A stretch of DNA of 64,000 bases from Selaginella moellendorffii (Eukaryota > Plantae > Lycopodiophyta): the NCBI RefSeq assembly GCF_000143415.4, contig NW_003314289.1:986787-1050786 (forward strand). The letters are read 5' to 3'. A program made the translations under genes and the position numbers. The notes beneath the pieces were generated by a model, which saw only the letters and a list, made by a program, of their open reading frames with translations, had not been told where the DNA came from and made no database searches. Shown in pieces: positions 1 to 12,068 of this stretch; position 1 is the first letter of the stretch; each line of letters opens with the position of its first letter.

Positions 1-1121
1 AACCAAATCATATGACAATCAAACCTCCACGAAAAAATTTTCCATGCGTGTTTTTAGACATTCCCAAGGTTCTGGGTTTCTAATTTCTCGCAAGACATCG
101 CTTCTTTCTTCCACGAGTCTCTTTCTCTTTCCACCATTTTTTTAAGCGTCTCGTGACCCGAAAGCCTGGGCTCTAGAGAGCCAAAAAAAAAAGCAAAAAG
201 AACTCGCGATTGGTGGCTACAAGCCCAAAGCAAGACAAGTGAATGAATGCTGGAAATCTCTTACGTGGTAAAAGTCACCAGGCCAGCGCGAGCGATCGAT
301 CGATCAAAGCATCACCGATCTTTGTCTCCCGACTCTGACTCGTCTACGAACACAGCGTACAAAGCCACTGCAGCCTTTACCAAGAATCATAAACCTGGGA
401 ACTGTAAAAAACTGTAGAGAAGTGACGTCCACGAACAAAGAAATAATATGCAAAGGCTCTACCTTGGAAGTCGAGGAAGTAAAAACTCCACGTACACTAC
501 AGTCGCGTCCCGGGATCGTAAAATCTCCTATCACGAAGAAAAAAACAAAGCTTTGCTGCCATGGCCGACGTGTGACTCAAGGATAGCAAGCACCGACACT
601 TGGCGTAGATCCAACGAATCTTTTCTGTTCCTTTGGCGAGCTCCTCCTTCCTGGTTGGTGAAACATCACACACAAAACGCATACCCAGTAAGAGCTTCAC
701 GAAGGAAAGAAGAAGACCCACCAAAAAGGCTTGCATTCTTTTCTCTGTTTGTGATTGATCGATGGAACTCTCCATCAGCAAAATTTGGAGTCTCTGCGAA
801 GATTCTCAATCCTTCTTCTTCTTCTATTTTGCTTTGGCGTAATGCCAACTTTACTGTTGTTTGCATCAGCGTCGGCCTGGTGGGGGCATCGGTCGATGGC
901 ATGTCTCTCGCCTTTTGACAATCTGTACCACAAAAAAAAAAAAGCAAGCCTCTAGTGAGTGTTCTTCGAATTAAGAAAGACTATCAACTTAAGAAGCCCA
1001 CGCAATCAAAAAAGAAAAACAAAGAAAAAAAACGAGAAGTGGCATGTTTCAGTGCTGCCATGTTTACCGTACCAAGTGTGCTGCCAGAGAGCAAAAACTA
1101 AAAGTGGCTGCGACCATGTCG

Positions 1122-1990
1122 CTAGTGAGCATCTTCGTCAAGCCCCGGACACGAGCCCTCCATTTCCTCTGCGGAATCATACTGCAATAACGAGCAACTT
1201 GTGATGTTAGCATCCGACATAGTCTTTCGTTTCTGTCCTTTAAAAAAAAATTCTAAAACAATTCCTGACTGATCCACGTCTAAGCATTACCTTGCATCCA
1301 CAGTAGACGCAATAGAAAAATCGCCTCCGCAAGTCCTCTACAATTCTCATCAAGTCCTGCCGAGCACACAAACAAGTTAAGCACGATCCCCACAAAAAAG
1401 AAACCAAGCCAAGAAAACGAAAAGAAAGCGAGCACTAAGTACCTCTTCTGTCACCACAACCTCGTCTTCCTCCTCCTCTTTGTCGTCGTCTCCATTGTCA
1501 TCTTCTCTCTTGACTTCTCCTCGCGAAATTCCAGCAAGCTCCTCGAGTTGAGCCAGCGCCGAGGCGGCCTTTTTGTAGTCACGACTTATCTTTCCAGCCT
1601 GCCAAGAACTCCTTTGGCGATCCTGGAAATCTCTGCGACTCACGTCATCGATCTTCCTTTTCAAGTCCCGCTGGATCTCTTGCTGCTTCGCTGCTCTCGC
1701 TTTGAATCGTCGCTCCCTCTCGTCAACCCCGAGTCCCGTCCGGGAGTGTTTGACATCAACCTTNNNNNNNNNNNNNNNNNNNNNNNNNNNNNNNNNNNNN
1801 NNNNNNNNNNNNNNNNNNNNNNNNNNNNNNNNNNNNNNNNNNNNNNNNNNNNNNNNNNNNNNNNNNNNNNNNNNNNNNTCCGTGAGCTGGGCTTGCTCGG
1901 ACTTTTTCGCTCGCTCGCGGGACTCTTTACGTTTGTCTTTTTCCAGTGCAGCTTTTCCCCTGCTTTCCTTTGTTTGGGTGGTTGCCTGAG
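1122..1990 (-). CDS. G-patch domain + DUF4187 protein (GPATCH11-like), multi-exon; 5' end probably in or beyond the N gaps
   Basis: Manual translation gives KVDVKHSRTGLG (G-patch C-terminal end), then exons DLMRIVEDLRRRFFYCVYCGCK and YDSAEEMEGSCPGLDEDAH* (DUF4187 pattern YCxxCGxxY...CPG..EDxH). GT-AG introns; stop at 1122-1124. Confidence 0.8.
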
Positions 1991-2612
1991 GAAGTAAAAC
2001 AAAACTCTAAAGTTTAGTGTCATGGTTGGCACGCCACGCAACGAGGAACATGGACAAGGTAGCAAAATCCAACCACAAGCAAGGAGAATTTAAAAAAAAA
2101 GCTGCGCTGCAGCCACCAGAAAACAAGGGAAGGAATTACAAAGTGGAGAAACAACAAAACCAGGATCGAAAGGACACCGTAGCCCAAATGAACAAACAAA
2201 ACATCGAAGCCAGCATAGCAATCAAAGAAAAACNNNNNNNNNNNNNNNNNNNNNNNNNNNNNNNNNNNNNNNNNNNNNNNNNNNNNNNNNNNNNNNNNNN
2301 NNNNNNNNNNNNNNNNNNNNNNNNNNNNNNNNNNNNNNNNNNNNNNNNNNNNNNNNNNNNNNNNNNNNNNNNNNNNNNNNNNNNNNNNNNNNNNNNNNNN
2401 NNNNNNNNNNNNNNNNNNNNNNNNNNNNNNNNNNNNNNNNNNNNNNNNNNNNNNNNNNNNNNNNNNNNNNNNNNNNNNNNNNNNNNNNNNNNNNNNNNNN
2501 NNNNNNNNNNNNNNNNNNNNNNNNNNNNNNNNNNNNNNNNNNNNNNNNNNNNNNNNNNNNNNNNNNNNNNNNNNNNNNNNNNNNNNATTGGATTGATTTT
2601 GTAATTTCTGAA

Positions 2613-2897
2613 CTATAGAACTACTAAGATTATGAGACCAATCCACCAAACATGCTCCATCAAGCTCATTGTTCCCTCCAAATCCTCCTCCCGGGGATTC
2701 TCCAACCGTTGAATCCTTTCGTTAATCCTCAGAATCTTCTCCTCTATCTCCAGCCTCTCAATCTCGATATTGCATATTTGAATCTCCTCTCTCAATCGAT
2801 CTTTCAGCGTATTGTCCTCTCCGAGTGAGGGATTTAAGAATTTGAGACCCGTCTGAGGCTCAAGATCATGAAAACTACGCTTTGCAAACATGGCCAT
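2613..2897 (-). CDS. Possible small coiled-coil protein with hydrophobic C-terminus (94 aa), or a gene fragment
   Basis: ATG-started ORF with an E/I/R heptad-like stretch ending WWIGLIILVVL. No recognised family. Confidence 0.25.
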   Translation of the reverse strand: MAMFAKRSFHDLEPQTGLKFLNPSLGEDNTLKDRLREEIQICNIEIERLEIEEKILRINERIQRLENPREEDLEGTMSLMEHVWWIGLIILVVL

Positions 2898-3189
2898 TAC
2901 CTTTAATTATAAACCCTTGCCCCAATCATAGTAGTGCCCTTCGAGATCCGGATCACGATGACACCACAGTTCTGTGCCGAAGTTCCTCTCCACTTGGTTG
3001 AGTCCTGTCAGGAGCTTTTGGATCCTTGAGAGTGACAGGATAATATGCTTTGCAACAAGATTCTCAAGTACTTTTCTCGTGCTGATATGCTGCTAGTATA
3101 TAATATTTCCAGCCTTAGTAATATAAGATTCGGAATTCAGCACACATTAAACGGACTTAAGGACGGTCTATTATACTTAGATCAAATCA

Positions 3190-4160
3190 AATGATTTCCT
3201 GTGATGACAAATGGATGATCACCGCATTTGGATCCGAATGGCACGATGCGGGTGACTTCTGGAAGTAGAAGCCAGGTCGCATGGAATGGTTCACCGTTCA
3301 GCAGCGGATTGTCAAGTTCGTGGTAGCGTCCCGTGACATACGACCAGCGAAGGTTTCTAGATGCAACACAAGGTTACCATGTTGCGTACTCTACCAGATC
3401 TTTGTTCCCAGTTTCCTCTCCCAGCTTCATCAGCTTCTTTTGGAGTTGCAAGATCTCGGCTTCGGTCTCCTGGATCATTTCACATGCTTTGTCCACGGTC
3501 CCCTGAAAGCTTGCATTATCGTGACAAAAGATGACACAGAGATAGCTGTTATAGTGCTTGTCTCTCTGGTCGTTTAGGAAGGAAAGGAGATCATTGACAA
3601 GGACGGTGTGATCAATCACTGCTTTGACAAAGGCTACAAAGTCTGGGGATTCAACCACACTCTTGAGATCCAGGCAAAACTCACACATAATGCCTCCAAC
3701 TGCTTCCGGAGCAGCTGGTGTTCCGTGAGGCTTGGAATGGATTTGGCAAATCGCAAAGAGGAGTCCTCCACTAAAGCATCCAGATAAAGCAAATCATGTA
3801 GCGAGCAAACAGTGGGGGATCCACGAGACTTTGAATGCTCAACATCACCTCCTCAAACATGGCATATCTAGGATTCTTTTGCTCCTCTTTTTCACTCGCT
3901 TCCCTCAGCAATTTCAAGCAGAATATAAGCAGCCTTTTTCCCCTCTTGCTCGCTGACCAGTCTCAGCAATGTCATCTAGAACAAAAAGACTCCATTTAAG
4001 CTTTGATGTAAACTCCACTTAGGTGTGGCTGTACTGATACTCAACCTTTTAATAGCCCATGCATCAGTAACCTCGGATTTCCTAGTAAAATCAGGATGGC
4101 ATTCAAAGGGAATCTTCTATCTCTCAAGTGTTAGATCCTGAAGGTGCTTATGTAATGGGA
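3190..4160 (-). pseudogene. Microbial terpene synthase-like (MTPSL) pseudogene
   Basis: Minus-strand pieces: IPFECHPDF..TDAW, LFVLDDIAE (DDxxD/E), VLVNDLLSF (NSE/DTE motif), WSYVTGRYH (RY motif), NGEPFHATW. Intronless and broken by stops and frameshifts. Confidence 0.8.
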
Positions 4161-4201
4161 CAGTTCAACTTTCATCAAACTTTATACCTGCATTACTTGT
4201 G

Positions 4202-4393
4202 TGACCTTGGACAAGTAAAAGATGTTTTCCATACTCTTTATAGATGCCCACAATATCAGCAAGATAAAGGGATCATCTAGCTTTGTTGAGTGATTCATGA
4301 ACCTTGGACAAGTCAAAGATGTCTTTCATATTCTTTATAGATGCCCACAATACCAGCAAGATAAAGTGGACCATACGGCTTTGTTGATTGATC
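4202..4393. repeat. Diverged ~97-bp tandem duplication
   Basis: accttggacaagt.aaagatgt...tagatgcccacaata.cagcaagataaag...gctttgttga occurs twice in tandem. Confidence 0.75.
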
Positions 4394-4991
4394 AAGATTC
4401 AAGATTTGTTCTTGCTTTGCATTCATATAAAGGTAAAATAAAATCATATATATTTATAAATAACACACAAGTTAAAGGAATAAACTTGAGAAAAAGACTT
4501 CGCACCTCTCTATCCTTAAACCATAAACATGTTTAAAAGTTACATTTTATGATAAATGAATACATCATATTTTCTATCTCATAGGGTAAACTCTTCTCCA
4601 TGTTGATTATTTTTAAATTGTTATTGGAGGAGCTCAGGGCAATACAAAAAGTGAGGGAAAGTAAATCAGTAATTACAATCTACTCAAAGTGGTCGTCTGT
4701 CTCCAAAGTCAAAACATGTATTATTATTGACTTTCAAAGTTTCAACGATGGGGAGATTTCAAAAAATAATGCAAAAAACCCTGCTTTTCTAAAAAGAAAT
4801 TAACAAAGACTTGATATTTAGTTGGTGTTTAAGAAATATAGATCATAAACATGTTAGTATCATATGATCTTGGCACTCTTGCTTAAATGGCTCCAAATTT
4901 TCGGAGAGAACGTTTTTGGTTTCATGATTCTTCTTGATTAGTTACTACTGGATTCTATACATATTTGTACAGCACCTGTGAGCTCTCATCT

Positions 4992-6968
4992 TCACTCGAT
5001 GTAAAGCGTGAGCTGTGCGAGTCTGATATCGTTGTGGAGAAGTCTCGCAAAGAATCCCGTTTCTTCTGGATTGGCCACCCATCTGTCCCATCCCGGTGTC
5101 AGAAATGACGAATGAAGAAGATTTCTTTTCACTTACAGGACCGCGCATTTGGATCGAGCTGCCGAGTCGTTTCCACTGACTGTAAATCGATCCCCAACGT
5201 GGAGTGTCTCGTAAGGCTTCTTTCCAAGGTACTTCATCAAAGCTCCAAGCCCGATCGACTTGTTTCCTAGATGATCAAAGACATCGAAGTTAAAACGGAA
5301 ATCAAAGAATGTGAAAACTTACCAACATCCACAAAGACATCTGCATTCGGCAAAAAACAAGACACGAGGAAACGTTTAGAGCACAGGAAAAAAACTGTCG
5401 AGAAACTGTACATACCACTGCCTCCGTTAAAAGCACAAAACGGTAGCTTGGACTCCACCAGATGGACTTGAACAGTCAAAGCCATCTCCTCCAGAACCTG
5501 ATAAAATAGGAATGAATCAGTAACCAACAACACAAACCTTTGGCTACCTCGTAAATCGTCGAGACTTTGGGGATGACTCCGACGGCCCTTGGCTTCCGCA
5601 CAAAATGAACTGGCAAATTCAAGCGTGCGGAGGCCGACTGGAGAGCGCCCTGGGCTTCATCAAGGAGTTCTTCGATTCCCTCTTCCGACCACTCTAGCAT
5701 ATCTTTCGACTTCCACATGTCGTCTGGGACAAACTCGAGCCGGTACTTGTTGTTCACCCGGAGGAGATAGTTGCATTCTCCTCCCATGACTTGAAAGTAC
5801 CTGGTGACTCTGGAAGCAAGCTCAAGCTCTTCGAAGGCTGAAAGCAGTCCAGAAAATCGGTCCTCGAATTTTGTAGGATCTCCCGGATAGCCTGCACGCA
5901 CAACGTAGTAAATACAAGTTCTTTTTATCGAAAGAACTTCACCATACCAGCTGCTGTGAGAATCGCAACGTGAATACCACGTTGCATTAGCTTGATAATG
6001 TGCGCGATCATCTTGTTATCGCGCTCGATGTGGTGACCATCGGAGTAAATGGTACCATCGGCATCAAAAGTTACCAGTGCCAGTTTTTCAGCAATAGCAT
6101 GAACCTGTGGAAACGAAAGTTTAACGCAGGGAAGAAAGAAGAAAGAGTTTCTTTGCCGACCTGTGCGATGTTTATGACATGACGAATCTCTGCAAAGTTT
6201 GGAGGCACGTATCTTCTCCTCGAGAGAGACGCAAATTCATCGTACTCATGGAAAGCTCGGACGAGAGGCAAAGGTGTGTAGAACCTCCCGACGGAAGGAA
6301 TCAATCTGCTCAGCGTGCTACGCATGGGATCTTCGCTGTGTTCTTTGATCCATCTCTCCATTTTCTCCATCACCTACACCACGCAAAGAAAAAAAAAAAA
6401 ACAATCGATAAGAGAAAAATCAATGGTGTGGTCCATCGAAAGAAATATCTTCTCTTCACTCTTCTCGCCAGAGTACCTGGATGGGAGAATGCGTGGAATG
6501 GAGCGAGATGATAAACTCGATGAGCCCATCTTGCTCCTTCAATCGACCTTTGCGCCGCAAGACGTGAGCATCAGTGACGCTGCTAGCTCGCGAGACGTGA
6601 GCGTCCTCCAGCACCTCCCTACTGAGCAGCATGCTCCATCGCATCTTGTGCTCGGACGATCTGACCTCTGGATCCCCGCCATCGCCTTGTTCTTGCGATA
6701 TTTCGACCCCATTCCCTGCTGGCGCCGGCTCCTCCGCCCGGATTTTCTCCAGCCGCTGATTCAGATCCACGCCGCCGGCGCTCTCCACGCCCACGGCATT
6801 TGAGATCGAGCACACCGAGCAGCGCTGCCGCCGCTTCCTCGCCAAGAAGATCTGGAAACACTGCGATTTGAGGCCGATTTGGGGGATACATTTGCCGGTG
6901 AATGCTGTGTGGAGTGTATCGACGCCGCGCCCGCCGCCGGGAGAGGCCTGGATCACAGCGAGCGCCAT
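4992..6968 (-). CDS. ISN1: IMP-specific 5'-nucleotidase (ISN1 family, HAD superfamily), multi-exon, with an N-terminal extension
   Basis: Exons encode RRKGRLKEQDGLIEFI, SRLIPSVGRFYTPLPL..SRRRYVPPNFAEIRHVINIAQV, LVTFDADGTIY (HAD motif I), ILTAAGYP, MGGECNYL, PFCAFNGG, DVFVDVGNKS and LHVGDRF..GND. ATG at 6968, TGA at 4992-4994. Confidence 0.88.
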
Positions 6969-7149
6969 GACCAGCTGGAGCAAAGGGTTTAGGGTTCTTG
7001 GCGGCCATATATCACAAAATAGAGAATATTCTCTTACAGCTATTGGGAATCTAAGGATAAGCACTCCAGCTAGTGGGGAAGATAGAATTCACACGTTGTA
7101 TCCATTGGCATGTGCGAATGCTTCTTTAGTACACTACATCTTTTGTAAA

Positions 7150-7450
7150 GTCTTGCCAGTTCCCAAAGTTCTATCCACATCCACCAAATTTTAATCGATG
7201 AACACTCTACATTGAAAAATTTTCATACCTTTCTGCGATTTCCTCGTGTTGCTGGAATGTTGCTATTTTTTCTTGCGCGTTTTGACCTTACCACCCATTT
7301 TCACCTCCAAACCTTGGCAGCATCTCGCTGATGATTTAAAGATTATCAAAGTGAAGGTACTTGATAAGGAAGAATAAATCCAGCTAATCCACAGCAAGAT
7401 ACCTTAGAAGAGTCACCTGAAAAGAAATGTCAATCCATGTCCATGTCTAT
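7150..7450 (-). pseudogene. Decayed fragment of the 3' exons of the TLDc gene at 39297-41118 (repeated at ~11564-11864)
   Basis: Colinear matches to 39365-39760: cttgccagttcccaaag, tgctggaatgt, cacctccaaa.cttggcagcat, attatcaaag, tgataaggaagaataaatccagct. Confidence 0.7.
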
Positions 7451-7654
7451 GTTGCTTAATATTCATCTCTTTTTGGCGTCGCAATATGATAATCAGCATC
7501 TGAAATTCGATGCCAAGTAAAAACTACGGATTTTGCGATAAAACACGATATTGGATATATCAAACGCGATGTTAGATACATTATAGGATTCTGGTTCCTT
7601 GTTCATCTCTAACAAGGTGCCACTTTATAGAGCGCGAGAAGCCACAGGCACTGA

Positions 7655-8722
7655 TCAGTGGTATTTTCTGACGATCCCCCTCAGGTACTCCCAGCCTCCA
7701 CTCTGATACGCGAAGTCCTGCAGCGATTCATCCAGGCATTCTTCCTCGAGTTGAGAGCAACTCTGGCTTGTTATGTGCCACACCCTGAAAGGAACGTCAC
7801 GGGTTCTGTCCACTGCCCGGCGCTCCACAAACAGCTGCTGTAGACCAGCGTGGTCTTTCCTGAGCAGCTCAACAAACTTGGTGTTGCCACACACGAAAAC
7901 AATCCTGAAGCAGCTAGCGTCTACGTCGAAGTCAGTGGCTGCTTCTGCAAACAGCTGAGCCGACTCCACACATTCCGCATCATCCTGCTGGCCATGGAGC
8001 TTGAGCCATTCCGGAATAACCTGCGAGCACAAAGAAGAAGAATCAATACTATCGATCAAGTAGAAACCTTCTTCATTGAAAATCACCTTCTTGCCTCGGG
8101 TTGGCAGCATCGCCTTGAGTCGCCCAAACAATGTAATCACCCTCCAGCCCGGTACCTGGTCGTAGTTGTGGTGCACGAACAAGGCACCGAGGCGGAGACG
8201 CTTGGCCACCCAGGCGCCCAGCTCCGTTCCTCGGAGGTGAGCATCGTTGAGCATCTGGTAGGCAGCCTTGTCGCACACGAAGATGTCGCTCGTCTTCCCA
8301 TCCTCGTCCAGAGGAGGGGCCCTGTTACGAACTGGAAAGAAGCCATACTTCATAGCCTCCACCTCGTCAAGTCCGCTGGGGTGGAGCTTGCCTGGAATGG
8401 GAACCCAGCCAGTGGCCTCCTCCTTCTCCTCCGTGCATGGACGCCTTGGGGAGGCGTCGCCCCTGCTGCTGCGCCTGCGCTTGGGGCTCCTGGAACGCGG
8501 CATCTCGCCCGAGCGTGGCCTGCGGGAGCTAGAGGCATCCATTCTATCGCCGTGCCTGCGCTTGCCCGAGCGTCGCCTGCGCAAGCTAGAGTCATCCATT
8601 CCATGGTCGTCCCTGCTGCTAAGCCAGCGCTTTGGGAGCCCAGGTGGCCTGCGATCCCGAGGCCCGCGCTCTGGCCTGGCAATTGCGTGAACGTTGCCTT
8701 CGCGCCTCGTCGTCCTACCCAT
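7655..8722 (-). CDS. Uncharacterised intronless family protein, copy A (355 aa; Arg/Ser-rich N-terminus plus conserved ~250-aa C-terminal domain)
   Basis: Intact ATG-to-stop ORF with five further homologues in the window (GWVPIPGKLHP...MKYGFFPVRNR...PFRVWH). Confidence 0.7.
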   Translation of the reverse strand: MGRTTRREGNVHAIARPERGPRDRRPPGLPKRWLSSRDDHGMDDSSLRRRRSGKRRHGDRMDASSSRRPRSGEMPRSRSPKRRRSSRGDASPRRPCTEEKEEATGWVPIPGKLHPSGLDEVEAMKYGFFPVRNRAPPLDEDGKTSDIFVCDKAAYQMLNDAHLRGTELGAWVAKRLRLGALFVHHNYDQVPGWRVITLFGRLKAMLPTRGKKVIFNEEGFYLIDSIDSSSLCSQVIPEWLKLHGQQDDAECVESAQLFAEAATDFDVDASCFRIVFVCGNTKFVELLRKDHAGLQQLFVERRAVDRTRDVPFRVWHITSQSCSQLEEECLDESLQDFAYQSGGWEYLRGIVRKYH

Positions 8723-9615
8723 GCCCTAATCTCCGAGGTTAGGGCTGTTTGATGATTAGGAGTTAGAACTTGACGGTGATTCTGATGCCTTAATTTCTAC
8801 ATCGTTTGGCAGCGAGTGCATTCTTGGATTCGCTACTGCACTTTGTTTGAATTTCACAGCAGCGTTTTCCTTGGAACAAATGAAATCAAAGGTTATCTAG
8901 CAGCCTTTTGGATTGAAGCCTTGTGGATGCACAATCCACAATGCAGTTTCAAGTGGCAACAAACAGCATCTAAGAACTCGAGAGTTGTGCATGAGAGTTG
9001 TGCAATCAAGGTGAAGATTGCCATCCAAAGAACCCTAAACAGCAGCAAAGTCCCAGTAATCTTGCAGAATACCTAGTATGTCTCCATAGAAGAAAGGAAA
9101 TTGACTGGTAGCTGCTGGACTAGCAAACAATTTTCAACTTCTCCATTGGCAGAGGTTTGTTGCATTAATATTTTCTATCTAGAGACATCACTGTTTTTGG
9201 TTTTGGATGGTGAAGGTTATGACAAGGGAAGAATTAGACATCTGGAAAAATACTCCCTAAGTTTCTTGTAAGAGAACTTTACTTCTCTTTTGTTCTACTT
9301 CCTGTCTATATTCTGAAACGGTTTGACAGGTGCAAAATGGTTGCTTGTGGCTATTCACAACAAAAATATGGAAAGTATGAGTGTATTTTCTCACATCAGC
9401 AGCCACACACACGAGGCAATTGCTGGTAAAGCTCTTTCCATTCTTCTATAAGCGTTTTGTGTTTAGTTTTTTATTGAAATAGTGAAGTTATGAATTGAAA
9501 CAAATAGCAAGAAAGNNNNNNNNNNNNNNNNNNNNNNNNNNNNNNNNNNNNNNNNNNNNNNNNNNNNNNNNNNNNNNNNNNNNNNNNNNNNNNNNNNNNN
9601 NNNNNNNNNNNNNNN

Positions 9616-11382
9616 GAGTGTCTCGTAAGGCTTCTTTCCAAGGTACTTCATCAAAGCTCCAAGCCCGATCGACTTGTTTCCTAGATGATCAAAGACATCG
9701 AAGTTAAAACGGAAATCAAAGAATGTGAAAACTTACCAACATCCACAAAGACATCTGCATTCGGCAAAAAACAAGACACGAGGAAACGTTTAGAGCACAG
9801 GAAAAAAACTGTCGAGAAACTGTACATACCACTGCCTCCGTTAAAAGCACAAAACGGTAGCTTGGACTCCACCAGATGGACTTGAACAGTCAAAGCCATC
9901 TCCTCCAGAACCTGATAAAATAGGAATGAATCAGTAACCAACAACACAAACCTTTGGCTACCTCGTAAATCGTCGAGACTTTGGGGATGACTCCGACGGC
10001 CCTTGGCTTCCGCACAAAATGAACTGGCAAATTCAAGCGTGCGGAGGCCGACTGGAGAGCGCCCTGGGCTTCATCAAGGAGTTCTTCGATTCCCTCTTCC
10101 GACCACTCTAGCATATCTTTCGACTTCCACATGTCGTCTGGGACAAACTCGAGCCGGTACTTGTTGTTCACCCGGAGGAGATAGTTGCATTCTCCTCCCA
10201 TGACTTGAAAGTACCTGGTGACTCTGGAAGCAAGCTCAAGCTCTTCGAAGGCTGAAAGCAGTCCAGAAAATCGGTCCTCGAATTTTGTAGGATCTCCCGG
10301 ATAGCCTGCACGCACAACGTAGTAAATACAAGTTCTTTTTATCGAAAGAACTTCACCATACCAGCTGCTGTGAGAATCGCAACGTGAATACCACGTTGCA
10401 TTAGCTTGATAATGTGCGCGATCATCTTGTTATCGCGCTCGATGTGGTGACCATCGGAGTAAATGGTACCATCGGCATCAAAAGTTACCAGTGCCAGTTT
10501 TTCAGCAATAGCATGAACCTGTGGAAACGAAAGTTTAACGCAGGGAAGAAAGAAGAAAGAGTTTCTTTGCCGACCTGTGCGATGTTTATGACATGACGAA
10601 TCTCTGCAAAGTTTGGAGGCACGTATCTTCTCCTCGAGAGAGACGCAAATTCATCGTACTCATGGAAAGCTCGGACGAGAGGCAAAGGTGTGTAGAACCT
10701 CCCGACGGAAGGAATCAATCTGCTCAGCGTGCTACGCATGGGATCTTCGCTGTGTTCTTTGATCCATCTCTCCATTTTCTCCATCACCTACACCACGCAA
10801 AGAAAAAAAAAAAAACAATCGATAAGAGAAAAATCAATGGTGTGGTCCATCGAAAGAAATATCTTCTCTTCACTCTTCTCGCCAGAGTACCTGGATGGGA
10901 GAATGCGTGGAATGGAGCGAGATGATAAACTCGATGAGCCCATCTTGCTCCTTCAATCGACCTTTGCGCCGCAAGACGTGAGCATCAGTGACGCTGCTAG
11001 CTCGCGAGACGTGAGCGTCCTCCAGCACCTCCCTACTGAGCAGCATGCTCCATCGCATCTTGTGCTCGGACGATCTGACCTCTGGATCCCCGCCATCGCC
11101 TTGTTCTTGCGATATTTCGACCCCATTCCCTGCTGGCGCCGGCTCCTCCGCCCGGATTTTCTCCAGCCGCTGATTCAGATCCACGCCGCCGGCGCTCTCC
11201 ACGCCCACGGCATTTGAGATCGAGCACACCGAGCAGCGCTGCCGCCGCTTCCTCGCCAAGAAGATCTGGAAACACTGCGATTTGAGGCCGATTTGGGGGA
11301 TACATTTGCCGGTGAATGCTGTGTGGAGTGTATCGACGCCGCGCCCGCCGCCGGGAGAGGCCTGGATCACAGCGAGCGCCAT
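9616..11382 (-). CDS. ISN1: Second ISN1 copy, 3' end cut by the gap (inside the probable false duplication)
   Basis: Same sequence and ORFs as 5202-6968. Confidence 0.6.
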
Positions 11383-12068
11383 GACCAGCTGGAGCAAAGG
11401 GTTTAGGGTTCTTGGCGGCCATATATCACAAAATAGAGAATATTCTCTTACAGCTATTGGGAATCTAAGGATAAGCACTCCAGCTAGTGGGGAAGATAGA
11501 ATTCACACGTTGTATCCATTGGCATGTGCGAATGCTTCTTTAGTACACTACATCTTTTGTAAAGTCTTGCCAGTTCCCAAAGTTCTATCCACATCCACCA
11601 AATTTTAATCGATGAACACTCTACATTGAAAAATTTTCATACCTTTCTGCGATTTCCTCGTGTTGCTGGAATGTTGCTATTTTTTCTTGCGCGTTTTGAC
11701 CTTACCACCCATTTTCACCTCCAAACCTTGGCAGCATCTCGCTGATGATTTAAAGATTATCAAAGTGAAGGTACTTGATAAGGAAGAATAAATCCAGCTA
11801 ATCCACAGCAAGATACCTTAGAAGAGTCACCTGAAAAGAAATGTCAATCCATGTCCATGTCTATGTTGCTTAATATTCATCTCTTTTTGGCGTCGCAATA
11901 TGATAATCAGCATCTGAAATTCGATGCCAAGTAAAAACTACGGATTTTGCGATAAAACACGATATTGGATATATCAAACGCGATGTTAGATACATTATAG
12001 GATTCTGGTTCCTTGTTCATCTCTAACAAGGTGCCACTTTATAGAGCGCGAGAAGCCACAGGCACTGA

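Noticed and set aside
1548-2649. ORFs containing long X runs
   Set aside because: Artefacts of translating through N gaps.
3190-8722. MTPSL + ISN1 + unknown gene as a metabolic gene cluster or bacterial/fungal contamination
   Set aside because: MTPSL is dead, no tailoring enzymes are present, and ISN1 carries short plant-type introns within clearly plant sequence.
7850-8752. 300-aa plus-strand ORF antisense to the RS-family gene (similar ORFs at 12264-13166 and 23200-24003)
   Set aside because: Shadow ORF of a GC-rich coding strand, with a non-ATG start and variable boundaries among copies.
8723-8770. Helitron 3' terminus at the RS-family hairpin
   Set aside because: No CTAG-type end at the expected distance after the hairpin in the three copies examined.
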